Below, one piece after another: positions 52,728 through 64,000 of a stretch of 64,000 nucleotides of DNA. Source of the stretch: Octopus vulgaris. Taxonomy: Eukaryota. Numbering within the stretch: position 1 is the first letter of the stretch; each line of letters begins with the position of its first letter. The notes beneath the pieces were generated by a model. That model worked only from the letters and a program-made list of their open reading frames with translations, was not told where the DNA came from and did no database searches. Where the stretch lies: contig OX597831.1 of assembly GCA_951406725.2 (NCBI GenBank), forward strand, positions 54,312,001-54,376,000, given 5' to 3'. Both the position numbers and the translations under genes were made by a program.

Positions 52728-55700
52728 TAGCCGCTTTCTCATATACGAGCAAAGCCATTGTTAGAATGAATCACTGAAATGAGTCATTGATGATGCAGTG
52801 TGAGGCAATGTTTCTTGGGGCTAAAATAACAGCAACATCATCCCTTTCAGGACAGCCACATTATATTGGCAAATAGCCTTTACTTTAAGGAACTGTTACT
52901 GAATGTCTCTCTTTGAGAGATTTAATGATATTTCTATAAAATGAAAATTATTTTCTTTAGCAGTCGTTGATAAAAAAATTTTTAGGTATAGCTGTGTGGT
53001 TAAGAAGCTCACTTTGCAACTACAATGGTTTCAGGTTCAGTCTCACTGCATGGCATCTTGGGCAAATGTCTTATAACAATAGGTTGACCATTACCTTGTA
53101 AGTGAGCTCGGCAGGTAGAAACTGTGTGGAAGTTCCTCATATATGTGCACACACACACACATACACATATGTATACGCGTGTGTGCGCATGAGTGCTTTT
53201 TCCCAAAACTGCTAGACTAATGATGTTGGTTTCTTTACAACCCTGTAACTTAGTGGTTTGACAGAAGACATCAATAGAATAAGTACCAGACTTTAAAAAA
53301 ATAAGTGAGATGAAACACTGGAACTTAATATTTTGTTGGTTGAATATGTTGCATAAGAGAAATAGTAATATTGAGACCCCTTTCGGTCATGAATGACCAT
53401 GGGATTGCACCTACAAAGTTACACACCAAGGCACAAGTCCAGGCAAGGTTGTTTATGGAAGACCAGCAGTTGCCCATGCATACTAACCTGCCCCTCTCCA
53501 TGCCACCGATGTTATCCAAGTGAAAGGCAAAGACCGATACAGCTTGGCACCCGTGACGTCGCAACTCATTTCTACAGCTGAGTGAACTGGAGCAACGTGA
53601 AATAAAGTGTCTTGCTCAAGAACACAACACACAGCCCGGTCCGGGAATCGAACTCTCAACCTCAATCCTAATTAAACAAATCAGAACTGGATGAAACAAG
53701 TGCTATAAGAAGCTGAAGTGAGAATTAAAAGAAAAAACTACAGAGACACACAGCAAAAACTAATGTCAGCAAGGTGTTGGAAAATCCATTTAAAAATACA
53801 ATGTCAGAGGAGCATAGTGGCAGGAAAAAAAATTTAAATGTACAGAACAACATTAGGAGAAAATTGAGTGAGTGCAGTGTACTTTCTCAGTTGAAATAAT
53901 ATCTGGAGACAGTGACTACAGAGAATACAATGATGTAGCAATAAAATAGTGGAGTGAAGTGAACATTTCAAATGGTAAAGAGTGCTGGAATCTAGGGTTA
54001 ATGCTAAAGAAATCTCTGTAATGATATTTGTTATGCCATGGACAGGTTATTCCTCAAAAAAGTTAACTGGCATAAGCACAGCTCTGTGCTAAGACGTTTG
54101 CTTCTCAATCACACAGTTTCAGGTTCAGTCCCATTGTGTGGCATCTTGGACAAATGTTTTCTATTATAGCTTTAAGCCAACTAAAGGTTTATAAATGGAT
54201 TTTGTAGATGGAAACTGAAAGCAGCCTGTCGTGTGTGTGTGTGTCCATTGGTTGATAACTGATGTTGGTTTAAGTCCCTGTAACTTAGCAGTCTGTTAAA
54301 GGAGACTGATAGAATAAGTATCGGGTTTTAAATAATAAGTACTGGTATCAATTTGTTCGACTAAACCCTTCAAGGTGGTGGCCCAGCATGACTACAGTCC
54401 AATGACTGAAACAGGTAAAAGAATATAATACACTAGCACTAGCTAGTGCATGAATATACAGCTGTGTGCGTGCGCACATACACACGAGTACTGTCCAAAT
54501 CTCCGACCAATCACATACATCTAGCTGGCATTCAATTGGTGTATCAAGTTTCGGGCATTTTGATTGGGTTTTGGATAGAAAATTCACAAAAAAGTCACTT
54601 CTATTGAATTTTTAATGGCTTTGCGGGGTGACTGGGGAAATGTAAAGATGTGCACGACCATCCTTGGATGGTTTTGAATGACCATAGAAAGTGCGAGCCC
54701 TCTAACTGAAAAATTGTGGATTTGTATAAAGGACACGCACACAGACATTTTGCCGTTTATATATGTAGAGATGAACATACATTTGGTTCGCAAGAAATTG
54801 AAGAATGATAAAAACAGAATTTAATTGTTCTAATGACAATCAAATGAACCAATAGCATTAGCTCCTTCCCTAGCATTACTCAAGACTTAAATTGTGATTA
54901 AGTGCAGAAAGTAGGCCTGAACAGATGTTATGCAAGAAGCACATATAGTATTTTGAAATTCAATAGATTTTAAATATATGAAACCGAGATTGGTAATGTT
55001 CATTATCCTACACTGCTTGGCCTCTCCCTGTTTTGTAAAAGACAATAAATCTTCACTTACTTGTCGTTCAGAGCTTCTTAATTTTGAATTTATGGCTCTT
55101 AATTCTTGCTGAAGCTCTTTCAGCTCTTTGTTTATATTTAGATTGTCTTGTTTCAAATTTGTGTTTTCTCTGCGAAGATTAAAAACTTCTTTTTCAAGAA
55201 CTGGGAGGTAGGAATTCTCTTTCTCCACTTTTAGCAAAAGTGAACGGAAATCATCACCTATTAGAAAAAAAAAAAAAAAAATGGATGGTAATGTCAGTAT
55301 ATATATACATCAGAGTGTGAGTGATTTGAGAGAAAAACTGGGTATACAAGGCATCAGATGTAAAATGCAAGAGAGAAGATTGCACTGGTATGATCATGTA
55401 ATGTGTATGGATAAGGACATCTGCATCAAGAAGTACTGATCTCTAATTGTGGAGAAACATGTGGAAGGGGTAGACACAGGAAGATGTGGGTCAAAGTGAT
55501 GAGACAAAATCTTAAAATGTTGGGCCTCACAGAGGGTATGACAAGGGACTGAGACTTCTAGCAATTTGCTGTGCTAGAGAAGACAAGTCGAGCTAAGTAA
55601 AATCGTTGTTGTCTTTACAACGGGTATGTCTCCTACACCCTCTTCAGCAGAGCAATTCTAATTTTGCGGGTTTGTGAGTGATGGGGCCACATAAAAAGTA

Positions 55701-58700
55701 CCTGCTGGTGTCATGTAAAAGTGCCCATGCTGTTGCTGCATAAAAGCACCCTGTACACGCTGTAAAGTGGTTGGTGTCAGGAAAGACATCCAGTCACAGA
55801 AACCATGCCAACACAGACATGGAGCTCAGGTAGCTTTTCAGCTAGCCAGCTCCTGTCAAACAGTCCAATCCATGCCAGCATGGAAAACAGACATAAGATG
55901 ATTGTAATAAACAATTTTCATTATAAAAACATTTATTTCATTTTTAAGCTTGCCTTGTCATGCTAAATATCACCCAATATGACAATGCAAATCAAGATCA
56001 AAAGTGAAGAAAAAAAAAATCAGAATTATTATACCATTAAATTTAACATCCTGGTAAATTTACAGGAATTTGAAAACAAAGAAAAAAAAATCATTATTAA
56101 CATCATTTTGAGTTCCTAGATGATACAAAAAACAACCTCTTGAAAAGAATTTACTTTACAGACTTCTGAGGTTCAAAGTGAATGTCCTAGCCTACGGCTT
56201 CTATAATCTTAGAATTATATCATTTCAGTTTGGTTGCCTTGACCAAAACTATTCTCTACAAATGTTCCCATCTTCCATGACATTTTTGAGGTCTTTTACT
56301 AATAACTCAACGCCACAAGAAAGTTGATCAATGTATATCAATGTGTCATTCGACACAAGAATTCTCATGGCATGGGATCCACAAAAGCAGCTCACTCACT
56401 AATTCATCTTTGCTTTGATAACAATGATTAGCATATCTTGTCTTCAGCTCTTGAATGATTAATGATATGTTGGGGATATTTCCATAAAACGTTTTTCATT
56501 GCATGTTGATTCCATGCTTTAACCAGAACAGCCAGATCAACTTGTTTAGCAGTACACCTCAGAAGAAAATCAAAGATTTTGCTTATCTCAGAAATGGTAT
56601 CTCATCCACCAAAGAAAGAAGTATCAATCCACATAGCAAAAGCATGGAGAAATTAAGTATAATTTGGAAGTCTACACTGCCAGAGCAACCTTAGCACTAC
56701 TCACCATCAACCACTAAATATAATTTTCCTTTTTACTCAATTTCCTACAGAAATTATTTTGACATATTTAAACAAGATTATAATTTATTTCTTTATTGCC
56801 CAGAAGGGGCTAAACATAGAGGGGACAAACAAGGACAGACAAAGGGATTAAGTCAATTACATCGACCCCGAAAGGATGAAAGGCAAAGTCAACCTCGGCG
56901 GAATTTGAACTCAGAACGTAACAGCAGACAAGATGTTGCTAAGCATTTCACCGGCATGCTAACATTTCTGCCAGCTCGCTGCCTTAAAATGGCGAGCTGG
57001 CAGAAACGTTCTACTGAATTTTAATTCTGCTTCATGCTGGAGCTCACCGAGGAAATAAGGACTGGGAGTTGTGGCAATTTGCTGTACTTGAGAAGACGCA
57101 TCAAGCATTGTAGTTTTCCTACCATTAATTTAACATGTAATAAATACACGTTGTAAATAAATTAGTTATCTAATGGAATTTAAAGTATAAATCAACATAG
57201 TTATATAATAAAGCTGTTGGAGAAATAAGAATGGAATTACATGGAATTACTCCACTCGGATTTTTTTTTTTTTTTTACTCAATTGCTTTTATACATTTTT
57301 TTTTAGCCATGACACTAATGTTGTAGAAACTACAACACTAGTAGCACCATGCAACAATTTTATCATTACAATATTGTGTAAAAACAAGCATATACAATAG
57401 AAGACATCCATAGCAGTTTGGTCAAACAGAAAATACATACATTTTTGTCGAGCAACTTCAACACATCTTTGTCTTTTTTCAAGTCGAATCCCCAAAAATC
57501 TGTGTAATTCTTTCAAAGTTGAATCATCAGATGGATGGACTAGCTGAATTAACCAAAAACAGAAACAAGTATGAGAGACAGAGTGAGAGGTGGATGGGAG
57601 AGTAAAGATAAAATAAAACCAGCTTAGCAATAGCAGAAAGCATTCTGTAAAGAGACTAAGGTACCAAAATGTTTGATCATTCAAAAAAGTATAGTAATAA
57701 GTTTGGAAAACTGTAAGTGTTCTGAAGCCAAAACTCGAACCATCTACAAAACTGAAAATTCAACAGTGTCAATATCAAAGCCCTAAAACTCATCATCATT
57801 AATGTTGGTGTCATTGTCTTCAAAGGTTCCAATGTCTTCAGCACCATCCTGTGTATTACAAATTTCACATTTTTTAAAAGCCTTCACCAAAATTTCAGTT
57901 CTTACAGTTTCCCAAGATTTCTTCACTCATTTGTACATCTCTGGAATTGTGGCACATTTCACTCTTCTTGCTGGTGTGAGGTCAGTCTGTATTCTACATC
58001 CATTCGTTCCAGGTTCTCACAAGCAATTTTTAAATGATTTATCTTTTATCTTTTACTCATTTCAGTCACTGGATTGCAATCATGCTGGGGCACCACCTTG
58101 AAGGGTTTTAGTTGAATTAATTAACCCCAACACATATTTTGGTAAAATTCTGCTTTAAGCACCCCATATAACCCCCTCATAAGTTTTTCCATTTTTTTGG
58201 AATTTTCAGAAAAGTTTTGCAAATTTGCATTCTACAATTTTTTCTTTTTTAAAATCATAGTTTAAAATATGGACAGTCCAAATTTTTTGCTTAAATACCT
58301 GTAACAGATCAAATGTATTAAGGGGGAGAAAAATAAAGAAAACATCAATATGTCACAGTGACAAACAAATGAAGAGGGTACCAGATGGTCATGTGATATG
58401 CTAAAAATAACAGCTCAAGTCAGTTTTTTTTGGGGGGGTGGGGGTCTTCATAGTGTGTATGAATTCCTGTGTGTAGAACACAAATTTGCAGAATTCCACC
58501 CTTATTTTTTAACACCTTGTGCTTATTTTATTGGTCTCATCTACAGACACATCAACAAGCTAACACCAGTTACCAGGTAGTGGTGGGGGACAAAAATGAA
58601 CACACACTGACACACACACACAATGGGCTTTTTCCAGTCTCCATTTACCAAATCCACTCAGAAGGCTTTGGTCAGCCCAAAGCTATAGAAGACACTTGTT

Positions 58701-61700
58701 GCAAGTGACAAATCAGAAGGTAACAGCCCAAGGTTCCACAAAATGGGATCAAACACGAACAACATAGTTATTTAGCTTCCCTACAATTATGCTGAAACTA
58801 ATTTTCCTTCACATGTGACACTAATACTTTGAAGAAAAGACATGAATGTCACTATTATTTACGTGACTGTGTGGTAAGAAGCTGGCTTCCTAAACACATG
58901 GTTCCTGGTTCAGTCCCACTGTGTGGCACCTTGGGCCAGACAAAGCCTTGTGAGTGGATTTAATAGATAGAAAGAAGCCCATCATGTATGTGTGTGGGTC
59001 CAGCACTGTTTGACAACTAGTGTTGGTGTGTTTATGTCCCCCGTAACTTAGCAGTTCAGCAAAAGAGACCAATAGAATAAGTAGGCTTAAAGAATAAGTC
59101 CTGAGGTTGATTCGGCCGACTAAAACCCTTCAATGCGGTGCTCCAGCATGGCTGCAATCAAATGACTAAAACAAGTAAAAGAATATACATCTGAATGAGA
59201 AACTATAAAAACCACACCAATATATTCTCTCTGAGATTCTATGTTGGTGCCACAGCCTGAGGCACACAAAAGTAAATGTTTAAGAAACATTTTGAAAATA
59301 AACAATTACCTCCATGTTTGGAAATTGTGGTCCCAGGTCATACAGTGGCACAGGAACTGTTGTAGAACGGCTACTACTCGTACAATCTGAAATTTAAAAG
59401 AAAACAAAAAAAAAAAAAGACTTATTTAGGTTTTTATTTTTCTCTTGAATGTTCTACAATGAAAAGATACAACAGTTCCCATCAAATTTCTCCCATGAGG
59501 AAAAATTCCAGTAAGCTTATATCAGACCTAAATACAAATACAAATAAATCTTACATCATTTATTGTTACTAAGAAAACAGGTATGCTCAACAGCCATAGT
59601 AACAGCAAAAATAGAATATAATCATATAATCAATAGCTATAGTAATAGCAAAATTTTTTCCTATTTAATGCAGTTTATATCTGGTTGTAAACTTATATAC
59701 ATCAATTTGCCAAAAGTGCACAGTCCTGTGGTTTGTCAGATCCTGTCAAATAGTCCAACCAATGAAAGCTCAGAAAATGGACATTAAATAATAAGCCCGA
59801 CTGGCATCTATGCCGGTGGCACGTAAAAAGCACCATCTGACCGTGGCCGTTGCCAGCTTCGTCTGGTCCCCGTGCACATAAAAAGCACCATCCGATCGTG
59901 GCCGTTTGCCAGCCTCGTCTGGCACCTGTGCCGGTGGCACATAAATAGCACCCACTACGCTCACGGAGTGGTTGGCGTTAGGAAGGGCATCCAGCTGTAG
60001 AAACACTGCCAGATCAGACTGGGCCTGGTGCAGCCTTCTGGCTTCCCAGACCCCAGTTGAACCGTCCAACCCATGCTAACATGGAAAGCGGACGTTAAAC
60101 AATGATGATGATGTTGTTATTGGTGGCGATATGATGATGATGATGACGATGTTGACAATGAGGACGGCAATGATTCAAACCAGCCTGTGACTTCAGAGAA
60201 GTTGTAATAGAGAGGGAGAAAAAAGTCAGCCATGAATCTTGCTGCATCATCATCAAAATTTAACATCCCTTTTTTACCTCCATTACAATTTCTTTCAAGT
60301 CTTCATAGTCATCAATATTATCATTTAACACCAGCTTCCCATACTGGCATGGGTTGGATGATTTGACAGCATCTGACAAGTTGTTAAATAACATTTAACT
60401 GTTTAGCATTCAGTTTACTGTCAAATATAATGCTTATTTAGTCACCATATTTTTAATTAATCATGCATTATCTTGTAGCTTTGAGATTTCAATGAAGTAA
60501 TTATATATTTTTAGAATGACATTGCATGGTAGGTGTGAGAGGCCAAATCTGGCCAGTTTGAGCATAGAACAAGCAGAATATTTTGGGCATGATATGGCCC
60601 GTTTGAATATTAAAGGGCTAATAACTTTTAACAAACATCCAACCAGATATGTAATAGTAATTAAATGTCACTTGAGATTTAGCTTCATAGACTAACTAGC
60701 TAACTTATAGGTAAAGAATTTATTACTGAGTATTTAGTGTAAACAGATAGAACAAACAGGTTCTGTGGTGCAGCTAACCAAGATTTTAAAAGTACTACAA
60801 ATGATGAGTGGTTGCCATTAAGAACACCAGTGAATGAAATCTGTGGATGTCTCAGACACAAAGTAGTATTTATTATGATGACTGTGATGAAAGAATACTC
60901 ATTAGACTAAGAAGTGGGTGGGAGATGTTCAGAAAGGTTCTTACCTCTACTGGTAAGCAAACAAAGATTTTACTCTCAGCAGAAAGAGTAGGCTGTACAA
61001 AATGTAAGGAGTGTGATGTTACATGGCAGTGAGAAGGATCAAGGGAAATGAGTCGAACATGATCTGTTGGATGTGCAACATCTAGTCATCATCATCATCA
61101 TCATCGTTTAACGTCTGTTTTCCATGCTAGCATGGGTTGGATGGTTCAACTGGGGTCTGGGGAGCCAGTAGGCTGCGCCAGGCCCAGTCTGATCTGGCAG
61201 TGTTTCTACGGCTGGATGCCCTTCCTAACGCCAACCACTCCGTGAGTGTAGTGGGTGCTTTTTACGTGCCACCTACACAGGTGCCAGACGAGGCTGGCAA
61301 ATGGCCACAATCGGATGGTGCTTTTTACATCCCACCGGCACGGGGGCCAGACGAGGCTGCATTGACCACCAGATAAGGGACCGGGGGACCCTGTCAAAGG
61401 CTTTCTCCAAGTCAACAAAAGGTTATCAGTCAACAGAGGGTTATCTCTGGTTAGATATTTCTCCTGCAGATGCCTTACCAGAAATATAGCACCAGTAGTG
61501 CTTCTGCCTGGCACAAAACCAAACTGCATCTCATCTAGACTAACTCTCTCCCTAATTAGTTGGGCTATGACCCTCTCTGTAACTTTCATCACCTGATTGA
61601 TACTCCTGTAGTTATTTCTATCTAAAGCATCACCTTTACTTTTGTAGCAGTTGACTATGGTGCTGCTACAGCAATCATTGGGTATGACTCCTTCACGAAC

Positions 61701-62590
61701 TATCTGATTTACGATGCAAGTGAGAAGACTGTAACCCACACTGCCTGATATTTTAAGCATCTCAGCAGTGATTCCTGATGGGCCAGGTGCTTTCCCTGTC
61801 TTCATATCCTTAATTGCTTCATCTACCAGGGTACTGTTGATTCGGGTAGCTAGTCCCTCTATTGGGTAAACCTTTGGCAGACACTCCTCCTCTCATTCAT
61901 TCTCCACATTCAGTAGTCTTTCATAATGGCAGTCCATTTCAAAACTATATGATTTAGTTCCACTATATAAGCACCTTGAACAAATGTTTTCTTTTGCCTC
62001 AGTTCAGCAATATCCTGTAACAGCGCTTGGAAACCATGTAGATGCCCATCATACCATCTGTATCGTTACATTGGCATTTGTCTTTCTCTCTCTCTAACTT
62101 TATGTTAAAACTATTCCATGTTGGTTTATTAACATCTCCATTACTTAGTAGTTCAGCCAAAAGGGGGAAAAAAAAGTACCAGTTAATTTGATTGACTAAT
62201 CACTTCAAGACAGTGCCAATATATGGCTGCAGTCCAATGACTGAAATTAATAACAGAATATAAACACCCAGCGCAGACTGTAGAGCGGTTGGCATTAGGA
62301 AGGACATTCAACTGTAGAAACAAAGTCAAATCAGATTGGAACCTGATGCAGCTCTCCTCCTTCCCAGCTCTGGTCAAACCATCTAACCCATACCAGCATG
62401 GAAAACAGATGTTAAAAAATGATGATGAATGAAGCACCAATTCATATTTACCTGAACCAGTATCACTTCGAAACTCCTCCTCAAGATTTGGATAGAGTCT
62501 ACCATTGGGAGTTTCTGGTACTTCTTGAAAACGACCTTCTATTCTTTGAATAGTTACTTCTTGTGTGATTTCAGCAAATTTCATAACATG
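30048..62590 (-). CDS. KIF23: Kinesin-6 KIF23/MKLP1 (Pavarotti), 3' portion: end of motor domain, neck/coiled coil and tail. 10 exons, 455 aa in window; the 5' part lies beyond the window end.
   Basis: Ten GT-AG exons join in frame (1368 nt). HVMKFAEITQEV marks the motor end, followed by a coiled coil, HRRSKS...WLEHK, and KYCLNHQELGSDGEMRTKLYKGNVLPTATGGCTMVFNEVE, which matches the MKLP1 Arf6-binding tail. Confidence 0.92.
31852..32033 (-). CDS. KIF23: KIF23 exon (GNVLPTATGG...AIDGH)
   Basis: T-rich acceptor TTTAG and donor GTAAGT. Tail-domain motif GG..VFNEVE. Confidence 0.85.
32566..32864 (-). mobile_element. Non-autonomous Helitron
   Basis: 5' A|TCTTTATATATAAA and 3' hairpin GAGCAACGCCGGGCG plus TTAG|T. 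Confidence 0.7.
33661..33800 (-). CDS. KIF23: KIF23 exon (GTLFQPKLKKK...TKLYK)
   Basis: AG/GT boundaries, phase 1 to 0. Contains the HQELGSDGE motif. Confidence 0.92.
35700..36690. repeat. Three to four diverged direct repeats of about 210-350 bp
   Basis: TCTTTCTATTGTCAACAGGACATTTT at about 35701, 35937 and 36287; CACATTTYGTRTATG...TCTGTGAG occurs four times. Confidence 0.75.
37490..37791 (+). mobile_element. Retroposon family C with a (TGA)n tail
   Basis: GGAGTGGTTGGCRTTAGGAAGGGCATCCAGC...CCATGCTAGCATGGAAAGCGGACG followed by (TGA)n. Copies at 52491-52680, 59795-60115, 61087-61360 and 62270-62430. Confidence 0.8.
37863..38225. mobile_element. Tc1/mariner-type MITE
   Basis: 26-bp TIRs (CACTTGCGTCAGAAATTAATTAGCAC, 2 mismatches) with TA on both sides, inside a (TA)n tract. 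Confidence 0.85.
38336..38370 (-). ncRNA. Minimal hammerhead ribozyme-like motif in the 3' pLTR (core variant CCGACGA)
   Basis: Minus strand GTTT-CCGACGA-AGAGCTCCGCTC-GAAA-CG-TT-AAAC. Confidence 0.55.
42724..42758 (-). ncRNA. Minimal hammerhead ribozyme-like motif in the 5' pLTR (canonical CTGACGA core)
   Basis: Minus strand GTTT-CTGACGA-AGAGCTCCTCTC-GAAA-CG-TT-AAAC. Stem I is GTTT/AAAC and stem III is the palindromic AACGTT. Confidence 0.65.
42956..43064 (-). CDS. KIF23: KIF23 exon (DPAPPPPPNPRHRRSKSSSAAETWLEHKSQDHEEL)
   Basis: AG/GT boundaries and the conserved HRRSxS (Aurora B/14-3-3) motif followed by WLEHK. Confidence 0.92.
43567..45226 (-). mobile_element. Composite non-autonomous Helitron
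   Basis: 3' hairpin CCCGAGCAACGCCGGG plus CTAG|T at 43567. The 5' end A|TCTCTTATTATAAAAGGCAGATTT resembles that of the 12967-15325 element. Confidence 0.75.
45725..47726 (+). mobile_element. Internally deleted Helitron with RepHel N-terminal remnants
   Basis: 5' TCTATATCTAATATATAAAAT. Remnants include FQNNIRQYNSAYQMTSF, KVQGQVYHLIGSLLP and QFLQIYF (47100-47390). The 3' hairpin is degenerate, at about 47700. Confidence 0.75.
48500..48906 (-). mobile_element. Full-length SINE family A copy
   Basis: Complete match to 24487-24892, with an internal (TA)n. Confidence 0.85.
49439..49720. repeat. Imperfect tandem duplication (about 135-147 bp x2)
   Basis: GATACAGGYGTC...AGATACATAGCTACCCCAG...CACAGGTAAGTTCAT...AAAATAGTTTT occurs twice. 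Confidence 0.85.
50799..51086 (-). CDS. KIF23: KIF23 exon (EYDRQKLEY...SSSSKK)
   Basis: 288-bp open exon with TTTGTAG acceptor and GTAAGC donor. Encodes the coiled-coil end (QEKDRKLNILKNLV) and a Pro/Thr-rich linker. Confidence 0.9.
51671..51910. mobile_element. Near-perfect 240-bp palindrome (hairpin MITE)
   Basis: TAAAGTATACTAGCCATCTCAATATGGCTAACCACTAAGGG... pairs with ...CCCTTAGTGGTTAGCCATATTGAGATGGCTAGTATACTTTA around a loop of about 12 nt. Confidence 0.9.
52065..52172 (-). CDS. KIF23: KIF23 exon (LQEKNSLIRE...KFRQQ)
   Basis: 108 bp, AG/GT boundaries, coiled coil. Confidence 0.88.
53368..53665 (-). mobile_element. tRNA-derived SINE family D (V-domain-like); related copy at about 63730-63955
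   Basis: B-box GAGTTCGATTCCC followed by TGTTGTGTTCTTGAGCAAGACACTTT...CACTCAGCTG. Confidence 0.65.
55061..55257 (-). CDS. KIF23: KIF23 exon (DDFRSLLLKVEK...SSERQ)
   Basis: 197 bp with a poly-T acceptor and GTAAGT donor; heptad coiled coil. Confidence 0.9.
57441..57543 (-). CDS. KIF23: KIF23 exon (LVHPSDDSTLKEL...VARQK)
   Basis: 103 bp, TTCAG/GTATGT. Resembles the MKLP1 neck (D..TL..L...LEKR). Confidence 0.85.
59310..59386 (-). CDS. KIF23: KIF23 exon (DCTSSS...LGPQFPNME)
   Basis: 77 bp, TTTCAG/GTAATT, phase 1 to 0. Confidence 0.82.
61365..61935 (-). mobile_element. RTE-clade LINE reverse transcriptase fragment
   Basis: MKTGKAPGPSGITAEMLK...NNYR...DEMQFGFVPGRSTTGAIFLVRHLQEKY...DLEKAFDRVP (last motif frameshifted). 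Confidence 0.88.
62452..62590 (-). CDS. KIF23: KIF23 exon (HVMKFAEITQEV...DTGS), end of motor domain
   Basis: 139 bp, TTGCAG/GTAAAT. Kinesin-6 alpha6 motif VMKFAE. Confidence 0.92.
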
Positions 62591-63281
62591 CTGCAAGGGG
62601 ACAAAGAGAGGGAAAAAAAATTAAATGTGATAAACTAGCTTCAAGATATCTTACAGTTCCACACCAATTAAAATGTTGATTCAATGGATAAGCAAACATT
62701 TAACACTGTACATCTCCCTCTTGCATCCCATCCCTCCACCATACTTCACATCATCTGACCCACTCCTATTTCCTCCCCACTCGCATATGACTACATCACC
62801 CTTGTTCACCATTCACATTTATCCCCATCTTTATCCCTCTGCCACTCTCCCTAACATACCTATCTATTCACCCCCTTCACTCTTCTAACTTGAAAATACA
62901 CCCTGACAGCTCTTCACCACCACCATCTTTCTTTCTTTTTCCAACTAGGACAGACGTGCATCTCTTCTACAGCAAGACACCTGCTCCTGTCCCACCATCA
63001 TAAATTAATATCTCATCACCTGGCACAACAACCACCTTCCTCAATGCTACACTCCCTCATTTGATGTGGGTCTTGTCTTGCAAGTCCCATGGTGACCACA
63101 CTAGCAATGCTGGAGTGTAAAAAGCACCCAATACATTGAGTGAAGTGGTCGATGCTACAAGGGGCATCCAGCCATAGTAACCATGCCAAAGCAGACATTG
63201 GAGCTTGAGATAGTCTTCTGGCTTGTTGGCTCATGTCGAACTGCCCCAACCCATGCCAGCTTAAAAAAAAATGGATGTTAA

Positions 63282-63497
63282 CCCTTTAGCATCCAAATTA
63301 TTCCGTCAAATGCATTGCTTATATAGCCATATTATTTTGAATTAATCATGCATTACCTTGTAGCTTCAAGATTTTTACGATATGATTGCTTAGGTTTAAA
63401 ATGACATTATAGAGTAGATGTGAGAGGTATGATCTGACCAGTTTGAACATAAAACAGAATACTTTGGCCAGATATGGCCAGTTTAAATACTAAAGGG
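63282..63497. mobile_element. piggyBac-type MITE (degenerate copies at about 34431-34651 and 60395-60622)
   Basis: TTAA|CCCTTTAG ... CTAAAGGG|TTAA, inserted into the tail of a family C retroposon. Confidence 0.8.
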
Positions 63498-64000
63498 TTA
63501 AACAATGAAGATGAATTTGCATATCTTATGAAATACATGTGAATGTAAGAGCATAGTAACTTTTTTTGTTTTTTTCTAAACAATTAGCTACTTTCAAAAA
63601 CATCATTGGACAAAGGGATTTTATCGACACAGATGTCAAGAAACATGTTGATTTAATGTTTAAAGGGCCAGACATAAAGTTTCCAAATAAGCCCTTTCAT
63701 TATGTTATAATATAAATAAATGCGCCCTTTTAAAGCCTAGCCAGGCTCATGGGCCTAGTTTCAATGGCATGTGTGTTCCCCAGCTGGACAGGACGCCAGT
63801 CCATCGCAGCATTACTCATTTTTGCCAGCTGAGTGGACTGGAGCAACGTGAAATGAAGTGTTGTGCTCAAAAACACAATGCGTTGCCCGGTCCAGGAATC
63901 GAAACCACAATCTTACGATCATGATGCTGACACCCTAACCACTAAGCCACACGCTTCCACATGTTATAATATACTATAACACAATATGATGTCCTGGTCA

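Overview
This is repeat-rich, AT-rich eukaryotic DNA. The SINE families, (CA)n/(TA)n tracts and transposon content look like an octopus (coleoid cephalopod) genome; this is inferred from repeat style, not proven. Two host genes are supported. (1) An intronless 331-aa orphan ORF (4117-5112, +) with a signal peptide, 16 ectodomain cysteines and a GPI-anchor-like C-terminus. (2) The 3' half of KIF23/MKLP1 (kinesin-6) on the minus strand, reconstructed as 10 phase-compatible GT-AG exons from 62590 down to the stop at 30048. The rest is mostly transposon material: POGK-like and Tigger-like pogo fossils, several Helitrons (one with a PIF1 helicase remnant), a Gypsy-type LTR remnant, a near-full-length Penelope-like element with minimal hammerhead motifs in a KIF23 intron, RTE/RTE-X fragments, at least three SINE-like families, several MITEs, and an 11x76-bp tandem array. 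Most short ORFs in the track are microsatellite or antisense artefacts. All calls were made by eye without database searches.
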